Shown here one piece after another: positions 24,753 to 32,000 of a stretch of DNA of 32,000 bases. The stretch covers positions 46,286-78,285 of the forward strand of contig NZ_JBLNNI010000012.1 in NCBI RefSeq assembly GCF_047786645.1, read 5' to 3'. Origin of the DNA: Methanobacterium sp. MZD130B. Lineage in GTDB: Archaea; Methanobacteriota; Methanobacteria; Methanobacteriales; Methanobacteriaceae. The position numbers and the translations under genes were made by a program. The notes under the pieces are model-generated. The model saw only the letters and a program-made list of their open reading frames with translations, made no database searches and was not told the DNA's origin. Positions within the stretch are counted from its first letter, which is position 1; each line of letters starts with the position of its first letter.

Positions 24753-25583
24753 ATGGTAGTAAAAATAGGAGTTATTAAATGCGGTAACTTAGGTACCTCT
24801 CCTGTCATTGACTTAGTACTAGACGAGAGGGCCGATAGGCCTAACATAGACGTTAGAGGTGTAGGTTCTGGAGCAAAGATGAACCCAGAACAAATCGAAG
24901 AAGCCGTGCCAAAAATAAAAGATTTCGACCCAGATTTTGTTGTATTTATCAGCCCAAACCCTGGTGCTCCTGGCCCTGCCCGAGCAAGGGAACTGTTATC
25001 TGAATTCGACATCCCGGCAGTCATCGTTGGTGACGCTCCTGGAATGGGTAAAAGAGAAGAAATGGATGAACAAGGCTTAGGATACATGATCGTACTAGGT
25101 GACCCAATGATTGGTGCCCGAAGAGAATTCTTAGATCCTACTGAAATGGCATCATTCAACGCTGATGTGATCAAGGTTCTAGCTGCTACTGGAGCATACC
25201 GTGTTGTCCAGGAAACCCTAGACGGAATGATCGCTGCCTGTGAAGCTGGAAGCGATGTGGAACTACCAAAAGTAGTCATCGACGCAGCAAAAGCCACAGA
25301 AGCAGGTGGATTCACCAACCCATACGCCAAAGCCAAAGCCATGGCAGCATACGAAATCGCCGCCAAAGTAGGTGATGTTGACCTCAAAGGATGTTTCATG
25401 GTTAAAGAAATGGAAAAATACGTACCAATAGTGGCTTCTGCCCACGAAATGATTGCAGCCGCCGCCAAGTTAGCTGTGGAAGCTCGTGAAATTGAAAAAG
25501 CTAACGACACTGTACTACGTAAACCACACGGTGGAGAAGGCCAGACCTTATCCAAAACCGAGTTAGTTTCCAAACCACAGTAA
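24753..25583 (+). CDS. mtd: F420-dependent methylenetetrahydromethanopterin dehydrogenase
   Basis: 276 aa. N-terminus MVVKIGVIKCGNLGTSPVIDLVLDERADR is characteristic of Mtd. GC-richer codon usage than neighbours, consistent with high expression. Confidence 0.95.
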   Translation: MVVKIGVIKCGNLGTSPVIDLVLDERADRPNIDVRGVGSGAKMNPEQIEEAVPKIKDFDPDFVVFISPNPGAPGPARARELLSEFDIPAVIVGDAPGMGKREEMDEQGLGYMIVLGDPMIGARREFLDPTEMASFNADVIKVLAATGAYRVVQETLDGMIAACEAGSDVELPKVVIDAAKATEAGGFTNPYAKAKAMAAYEIAAKVGDVDLKGCFMVKEMEKYVPIVASAHEMIAAAAKLAVEAREIEKANDTVLRKPHGGEGQTLSKTELVSKPQ

Positions 25584-25595
25584 ATGAGTATTAGA

Positions 25596-25621
25596 GCGGT
25601 CCATCTGGACTGCTTATTTTT
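25596..25621 (+). terminator. Short imperfect hairpin plus T-run after mtd
   Basis: GCGGTCCATCTGGACTGC (GTCCA/TGGAC arms) is followed by TTATTTTT, 13 nt after the mtd stop. Confidence 0.3.
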
Positions 25622-25710
25622 AATTTTAATTTATTATTTTTCAAATCCTTTTTTTAATCATAATCTCATTCCTTCATACCAGTTTTCACATAACATGCTC
25701 AGGCGGTATA

Positions 25711-26907
25711 ATGATTGAAAATATTATAGAACGATTTTCTAAAGCAGCCAGCATGCAACGCTGGAATGACCACATTCGCCCTGTTGAATTTACTGAATTG
25801 GATAAACAGGCACATAAAATGGTTATAGCATATGTAATAGCTAGATTTGAGGAAGAACGCATGGGTCAGGGTAGTGTGGACTGGATAGCCCTAATAGAAG
25901 GTGGAATTTTTGAATTTTTGCACCGAACAGTTTTAACTGATATTAAACCACCAGTATTTCATCGAATGATGAAAGAAAAAGGTTATGAACTTAATAAACA
26001 TGTTTTTGAAAAGCTTGAGATGGATATGGATGGTTTGGATAAAAACTTTCAGCAAAGATTTAAAGATTATTATCTAAAAAGTACCAACACTCTTGAACGG
26101 CGGATTTTAAGAGCAGCTCACTATTTAGCCACACAATGGGAGTTCAAAATTATCTATCATGCCGCGCCTTTCATTTATGGTATTGATAAGACCAAAGAGA
26201 ACATTGAAAACCAGATTGAAGATCATTATGACCTAATTGGTGTTCAAAAGATACTCTTGGGTAAAAAATCCTTTGGGTTCATTGATCTTTGTGGCCAGCT
26301 TCGTTTTCAGAAGCGTTGGGCTCATATTCCTAGAATACCAGAGACTTCGGTGCTGGGGCACATGTTCATTGTAGCCGCCACCAGTTACCTCTGTACTATG
26401 GAGATGGGTATTGAAGCATGCTCCAAACGTTTATATAACAACTTCTACGCTGGTCTCTTCCATGATTTGCCAGAAGTTCTTACAAAAGACATCATATCAC
26501 CAGTTAAAGGATCTGTTGAAGGGCTTAAAGATATTATTAAGGATTATGAAGATTTTCAAATGAATGAAGAGCTTTTACCTCTTTTACCGCGGCCTTGGCA
26601 TGAAGACATGAAATATTTTTCTGAATCAGAATTTAACAATAAGATAAAAAAGAACCAAAAAGTCTTGTTAGGTATTAGTTTCCATGATATTAATGAAAAA
26701 TACAATAAAAACGAATATCATCCTTTGGATGGAGAACTTCTTCATGTTGTTGATCGTTTAGCTGCTTTCATCGAGGCTAAACTTTCCATTGATCATGGTA
26801 TCAAATCTGAAGAACTAGAAAAAGCAGCAGAAAATATATTTCAGGAATACAATGGGCTGAAGATTTCAGGAATAGATTTTGGAAGGATTTTTAATTATTT
26901 CAGATAG
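25711..26907 (+). CDS. HD-domain metal-dependent phosphohydrolase (extended, 398 aa)
   Basis: His...HD...D pattern: QAHKM near the N-terminus, GLFHDLPEVLTKDI in the centre, and DRLAAFIEA late. About twice the length of YfbR-like 5'-nucleotidases. Confidence 0.7.
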   Translation: MIENIIERFSKAASMQRWNDHIRPVEFTELDKQAHKMVIAYVIARFEEERMGQGSVDWIALIEGGIFEFLHRTVLTDIKPPVFHRMMKEKGYELNKHVFEKLEMDMDGLDKNFQQRFKDYYLKSTNTLERRILRAAHYLATQWEFKIIYHAAPFIYGIDKTKENIENQIEDHYDLIGVQKILLGKKSFGFIDLCGQLRFQKRWAHIPRIPETSVLGHMFIVAATSYLCTMEMGIEACSKRLYNNFYAGLFHDLPEVLTKDIISPVKGSVEGLKDIIKDYEDFQMNEELLPLLPRPWHEDMKYFSESEFNNKIKKNQKVLLGISFHDINEKYNKNEYHPLDGELLHVVDRLAAFIEAKLSIDHGIKSEELEKAAENIFQEYNGLKISGIDFGRIFNYFR

Positions 26908-26979
26908 ATTTAAAGAAATACATTAGGTTTACAATAAAGAACTTCAAAAGATTAGACTTTATAAAGGAGAGAACTCGAA

Positions 26980-27354
26980 ATGGAACCTCAATTTGTAACT
27001 TGTCTAAACTGTATAGATGGTCGAGCTCAGTTGCCAGTTATACAATGGATCGCTAAGAATTACCCAGTTGACTTTGTGGACATGATCACTGAACCCGGTA
27101 TGGATGGAATACTGGCAGACGAAGATTCCAACCTGGACGAAATTTTAAGAAAGTTGGATCTTTCCAGGGATGCCCATAACACTGATGAACTGTTTATAGT
27201 AGGACATTACGATTGTGCTGTAAATCCAGTGGATACGCAAACTCACCATGAACAAATTAAACAAGCAGTGATGCGAGTGAAAATGCTACGACCTCACTTT
27301 GAAGTTTATGGATTATGGCTAGCAAATCAACATTCAGTTGAATTAGTATTTTAA
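26980..27354 (+). CDS. Small protein with beta-carbonic-anhydrase-like zinc-site motifs (CxDxR ... GHxDC)
   Basis: 124 aa with an AGGAG SD. Has C11-I-D13-G-R15 and G75-H76-Y-D-C79, in the same order and with similar spacing to the Cys/Asp/Arg and His/Cys signature of beta-class carbonic anhydrases. Considerably shorter than characterised enzymes. Confidence 0.45.
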   Translation: MEPQFVTCLNCIDGRAQLPVIQWIAKNYPVDFVDMITEPGMDGILADEDSNLDEILRKLDLSRDAHNTDELFIVGHYDCAVNPVDTQTHHEQIKQAVMRVKMLRPHFEVYGLWLANQHSVELVF

Positions 27355-27394
27355 AAAAATTTATTCAACTATATAAAAAAGCATAACTCCCCTT

Positions 27395-27871
27395 TTAATT
27401 CTCGTTAATTAGTTTTTGGGCAAATTCTTTAGTCATTGTTTCCCATTCACCACTTTTTTGTGCACTGCCACCGATAATTAGTTTGTCAATAAACTCCATT
27501 TCTTTTGCTTCCAGACCATTCCGTATCTGAATGGTGGCTAATTGATTCCCATCCCCTCCCATGGTAACCAGAACTGCAAATTTTTTGCCTGAAGTGTTAA
27601 CCAATTCATCTAAGTACTGGATAACACCAGGAGTTGTACGACCGGCCCAGATAGGGCAACAAACAATCAAACAATCATAGTCATCAATATCTGTAGTGCA
27701 AGGTTTGATTGGCCATTTTTTTTCTAAATATGCGTGTATGGCTTTTATCAAATACCACCGATCTTTAACAGGTTCAATACGTGTGAAATCTGCATTTATC
27801 TCTTTTTGTAGTTTCTCAGCAACAGTCAATGTTTTCCCGGAATGGGAGTAGCAAGCAATTAAACTTTTCAT
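27395..27871 (-). CDS. Flavodoxin-family protein
   Basis: 158 aa. N-terminal FMN phosphate-binding loop context IACYSHSGKT. Short-chain flavodoxin size. AGGAG SD. Confidence 0.7.
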   Translation of the reverse strand: MKSLIACYSHSGKTLTVAEKLQKEINADFTRIEPVKDRWYLIKAIHAYLEKKWPIKPCTTDIDDYDCLIVCCPIWAGRTTPGVIQYLDELVNTSGKKFAVLVTMGGDGNQLATIQIRNGLEAKEMEFIDKLIIGGSAQKSGEWETMTKEFAQKLINEN

Positions 27872-27927
27872 GTTTTTCTTCTCCTTAGTTTCTTAATCTC
27901 TTTAAATTCAGCATTAATTATATTTTT

Positions 27928-28506
27928 TTATAAAACACCTTTGGTGCTGGGCATTTGTTCGTGAACCACGCGAGTTGCGTCAAACAGAGCCCGAGCCAAT
28001 GCTTTGAACAGAGCTTCTACTTGATGATGGTCATTTTCCCCTTCACAGCGGGCATGAAGGTTTATTTTCCCGGTTTGGGCAAAAGACTCAAAAAAATGAC
28101 TTACATTTTCAGTACTGAGATCTCCTACTTTATATTGGTGAAAATTCATGTCTAAAACAGTGTAATTCCGACCAGAGAGATCTATGGCCACCATTGCCAG
28201 AGATTCATCCATAGGTATCAGTGCATGGGCCATTCGCCTGATTCCTTTTTTATCTCCCATGGCTTCTTGAAGGGCCTCTCCCAGCACTATTCCCACATCT
28301 TCTATTGTGTGGTGGTCATCTATTTCAATATCCCCGATGGCTTCAACTTTAAGATCAAAGAGGCTATGTCTGGCAAATGATTCTAGCATATGGTTGAAAA
28401 AATGGATTCCTGTTTCCACACTGTATTGGCCGGTACCATCGATATTTAGTTCAAGACATATTTCTGTTTCAGAAGTTTTCCTTTGTATTTTACTTTTTCG
28501 CATCAT
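27928..28506 (-). CDS. hisB: Imidazoleglycerol-phosphate dehydratase
   Basis: RKTSETEI start region and the DxHHxxE motifs (DDHHTIED, NDHHQVEA). The ORF track starts at 28515, but the GAGGG SD abuts that ATG. The ATG at 28506 has a 9-nt spacing. The 5' end overlaps the ferredoxin gene. Confidence 0.9.
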   Translation of the reverse strand: MMRKSKIQRKTSETEICLELNIDGTGQYSVETGIHFFNHMLESFARHSLFDLKVEAIGDIEIDDHHTIEDVGIVLGEALQEAMGDKKGIRRMAHALIPMDESLAMVAIDLSGRNYTVLDMNFHQYKVGDLSTENVSHFFESFAQTGKINLHARCEGENDHHQVEALFKALARALFDATRVVHEQMPSTKGVL

Positions 28507-28696
28507 TTGGGGCATCCCTCACTATAGTAATTGCATCTTCCGGGCATTTAGAAGCACAAATAGTGCACAAGTGACAGTAACGGAGATTAGTGGCCACGGC
28601 ATTCTGATTCACATTCCAGATCTTGGGGCCTTTGGGGCATGATTCTTTACAGATCCCACAACCAGTGCATTTTTCTTCATCAACATCAATCCTCAT
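28490..28696 (-). CDS. 2x[4Fe-4S] ferredoxin (68 aa)
   Basis: Two complete CxxCxxCxxxCP motifs (CTGCGICKESCP and CHLCTICASKCP). GGAGA SD upstream. Confidence 0.85.
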   Translation of the reverse strand: MRIDVDEEKCTGCGICKESCPKGPKIWNVNQNAVATNLRYCHLCTICASKCPEDAITIVRDAPNDAKK

Positions 28697-28712
28697 GAAA
28701 TCTCCTTTACTA

Positions 28713-28733
28713 ATAACTTATAACTTATAATTA
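28713..28733 (+). repeat. Iteron copy ATAACTT-ATAACTT-ATAATTA (contains exact 20-mer ATAACTTATAACTTATAATT)
   Basis: Read directly. Lies 17 nt upstream of the ferredoxin ATG (28696, minus strand) in the ferredoxin-hisB promoter region. Confidence 0.7.
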
Positions 28734-28805
28734 CTAATTCATTTTTTAAAATTTGATTTAATTTACGTTTGAAACATTTAATCTTATTAACGCTCTTATG
28801 GAGTT

Positions 28806-28833
28806 ATAAGATATAACTTATAACTTATAATTT
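28806..28833 (+). repeat. Iteron copy ATAAGAT-ATAACTT-ATAACTT-ATAATTT (contains exact 20-mer at 28813-28832)
   Basis: Read directly. The 20-mer starts exactly 100 bp after the 28713 copy. The array ends 21 nt downstream of the stop of the minus-strand flavoprotein gene (stop at 28855-28857). Confidence 0.7.
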
Positions 28834-28854
28834 TTATACCAGATTCATGTTCAT

Positions 28855-29448
28855 TCACTGGTATTTTTCCAAAAATTCATGAAACCTCTTAATTGTTTTA
28901 TTGAGACTTCTGAATCCTTCTTCATCTTCTTTAACACCTTTTAAAGTGTCATGAGACCAAAAATTTGCTCCAAGATTGGAACCGAAAGGCCCCCCACTAA
29001 CTGGTATGGCACCATTTAAAATGAAAAAAGTCATTATCTGTTGAATTGCCAATTCTTGACCTCCAATACGATCTCCACCAACAGTGATTGCCATTCCCAC
29101 TTTATGTTTAAGGAAGTCGATGTCAGCTGCTGCCGCCGCCCTGGTACGGTCCATGATTGCTTTGATCTGGGCAGTGACACCACCATTATAAACTGGGGTG
29201 GCTATTATAATTCCTTGAACATCTTTAAAAATCGGATAAAGTTCATACATGTCATCTTTCAAAATACATTCTTTTTCACGTATGCAATAGTCACAGTTTC
29301 GGCAGGGGCTTATGTTTTTCCCCCGAACCGTGAATAATTCGGTTTTGCAACCCCTTTCTTCCATCAAATTCAGAGCTTCTCTTAATACATGTTCTGTGGA
29401 CTGTTTCCTAGGACTCCCGGATATTCCTAAAATTGTCTTGTTCACCAT
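28855..29448 (-). CDS. Iron-sulfur flavoprotein / NADPH-dependent FMN reductase family
   Basis: GISGSPRK FMN-binding N-terminus and the compact cysteine cluster CRNCDYCIREKEC typical of Isf proteins. The start is set at ATG 29448 after a GGGGGA SD. The ORF track's GTG at 29460 is less likely. Confidence 0.8.
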   Translation of the reverse strand: MVNKTILGISGSPRKQSTEHVLREALNLMEERGCKTELFTVRGKNISPCRNCDYCIREKECILKDDMYELYPIFKDVQGIIIATPVYNGGVTAQIKAIMDRTRAAAAADIDFLKHKVGMAITVGGDRIGGQELAIQQIMTFFILNGAIPVSGGPFGSNLGANFWSHDTLKGVKEDEEGFRSLNKTIKRFHEFLEKYQ

Positions 29449-29692
29449 TAATTCCCCCACATAATGATTATTTGAATTTATTAAGTTTTAACTTTTTTCT
29501 CATCAACATTAAATTTTTATTGCCTTTAACTTAACAATTTTAAAAAAGTACATCTAATTTAATTCCAAAATCAGAAATCTGTTTTTATTTTGTTGGAAAA
29601 ATCTAGTAATTATAGAATTATAGATTTTTTTAATGTTTATTTAAAGAATAATGTAAAAAATGAATTAAGAGCAATAAAAAGAAAAGTTCTTA

Positions 29693-30913
<1,221 letters not shown>

Positions 30914-30957
30914 AAACATGATCCTCCTTTTCTAAGTCTCTATTTAATCTATTGGTT

Positions 30958-30975
30958 AACTGGTATAAATAGGGT
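30958..30975 (-). promoter_or_regulatory. Candidate TATA box for fae-hps
   Basis: The minus strand reads CCCTATTTATACCA, about 50 nt upstream of the start codon. This would give a leader of about 25 nt containing the SD. Confidence 0.3.
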
Positions 30976-31106
30976 TTGATGAAATGGTTCATCCGCGATT
31001 ATGAAAACTACAAAGAAATAAGTAAAAGTGTTAAAAATGATGAATGACTGAATTTGCGAGTAAAGGAAATAAATTCAAAAAAAAATAAAAAAAAGAAGTA
31101 AGATGA

Positions 31107-32000
31107 TTAATCTACTATTTTACCTTCTAGATAATCATCGTAACCTGCTAGATCCAAGAGACCGTGACCTGAAAAGTTTATAACAATATTTTTTTCTTCA
31201 CCAGTCTTCTTACATTTAAGGGCCTCATCAATTCCAGTTTTTATAGCATGACAAGTTTCTGGGGCGGGAACAATTCCTTCAGTTCGGGCAAAAAGCACTC
31301 CACTCTTGAATACTCCGGTTTGAGGAATTGCTCTTGGCTCCACAATGCCTTCATGTACAAGTAAAGCAACTAATGGTGACATGCCATGGTAACGCAAGCC
31401 GCCAGCATGATCTGATGGTGGTATGAAATCATGGCCCATGGAATACATCTTGATGAGGGGTGTAAGTCCGGCAGTGTCTCCAAAGTCGTAACAGTATTCT
31501 CCTTTGGTTAGGGTTGGGCAGTGAGATGGCTCAACTGCAATGAATTTGCAGTCTATTTTTTCGTCTAAATGGTCTTTGATGAAGGGGAATGTAGCTCCAG
31601 CAAAGTTACTTCCACCACCAACACAACCAACCATTACATCGGGAGTTTCATCGAATACTTCAAGTTGTTTTTGTATTTCCTGACCAATAACTGTTTGATG
31701 CAACATCACATGATTTAGGACACTTCCCAAGGAATAATTCACTTTTTCATCATTTAAAGCATCTTCAATAGCCTCCGAAATAGCCACACCAAGGGTTCCA
31801 GGATGGTCTGGATTTTCTCTTAGAACTTTTCTACCAAAATCAGTCTTATCACTGGGTGATGGTAATATTTCCCCATCATAAAGTTCCATAATAGTTTTAC
31901 GGTATGGTTTTTGGTCAAAGGACACTCTAACCATATAAACTGTGCAATCAATACCCATAAGTTTGCATGCTAATGAAAGCGCAGTTCCCCATTGTCCTGC
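31107..32000 (-). CDS. trpB: Tryptophan synthase beta-chain-like protein (TrpB2 class), N-terminus outside the window
   Basis: PLP-enzyme motifs ([17 protein letters not shown]). The reading frame stays open upstream of the ORF-track Met to the window edge (..[19 protein letters not shown]..). The [15 protein letters not shown] segment is typical of TrpB2. Confidence 0.85.
   Translation of the reverse strand, partial: AGQWGTALSLACKLMGIDCTVYMVRVSFDQKPYRKTIMELYDGEILPSPSDKTDFGRKVLRENPDHPGTLGVAISEAIEDALNDEKVNYSLGSVLNHVMLHQTVIGQEIQKQLEVFDETPDVMVGCVGGGSNFAGATFPFIKDHLDEKIDCKFIAVEPSHCPTLTKGEYCYDFGDTAGLTPLIKMYSMGHDFIPPSDHAGGLRYHGMSPLVALLVHEGIVEPRAIPQTGVFKSGVLFARTEGIVPAPETCHAIKTGIDEALKCKKTGEEKNIVINFSGHGLLDLAGYDDYLEGKIVD

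Noticed and set aside
24701-25573. 290-aa ORF on the minus strand, almost exactly antisense to mtd
   Set aside because: Its product is low-complexity and Ser/Ala/Thr/Pro-rich with no motifs. The plus-strand frame encodes an unmistakable Mtd. A long antisense ORF is the expected shadow of a GC-richer, codon-biased, highly expressed gene.
29606-29630. Tandem AATTATAGA-ATTATAGA near 29610 downstream of fae-hps, possibly related to the ATAACTT iterons
   Set aside because: There are only two short copies with a different core (TTATAG rather than TTATAA at 7-bp phasing). This is within what AT-rich spacers produce by chance.
31037-31051. C-box-like ATGATGA followed by CTGA, possible C/D-box sRNA
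   Set aside because: Only 4 nt separate the two boxes, whereas a guide region of about 12 nt is expected. No second C'/D' pair or terminal stem was found.

Overview
AT-rich chromosomal segment whose gene content and order match a Methanobacteriales-type hydrogenotrophic methanogen: mtd, fused fae-hps, methanogenesis marker protein 12, archaeal-type thrS with N-terminal editing domain, and trpB2. Most of the window is ordinary, densely packed housekeeping DNA. It holds two tandem tRNA-Val genes, surE, ilvC, the ilvB-ilvN pair, purD, argF, argS, a Sec11-type signal peptidase coupled to ilvD, thrS, an M24 peptidase, a CbiA/CfbB-family amidase, mtd, hisB with a small ferredoxin, an iron-sulfur flavoprotein, a flavodoxin, fae-hps and trpB2. 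I saw no CRISPR array, transposase, integrase, rRNA or obvious defence island. The unusual signal is mostly non-coding. (1) A ParA/SegA-type ATPase is translationally coupled to a 130-aa protein. That protein has a bacterial-ParB-like N-terminal peptide (LGKGLDALI) and a C-terminal region compatible with a ribbon-helix-helix fold. The pair is bracketed by arrays of 7-bp-phased ATAAnnn/TTATAA iterons. The exact 20-mer ATAACTTATAACTTATAATT recurs twice more about 10 kb away, with starts exactly 100 bp apart. This looks like an uncharacterised methanogen partition (SegAB / type Ib-like) cassette with candidate centromere or operator sites. (2) Two separate intergenic regions, near 2.8 kb and 22.6 kb, each carry three copies of the palindrome TTCTAC-W-GTAGAA. 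Both lie downstream of 3' gene ends rather than in obvious promoter positions. Lesser oddities are a membrane-anchored Mrr-like nuclease-fold protein, an orphan HhH-containing radical SAM protein of the putative DNA modification/repair class, a 124-aa protein carrying the beta-carbonic-anhydrase zinc-site motifs, and an 827-bp non-coding gap upstream of thrS. All calls come from reading the sequence and the supplied ORF track. No database search was run, and motif scanning by eye is not exhaustive.
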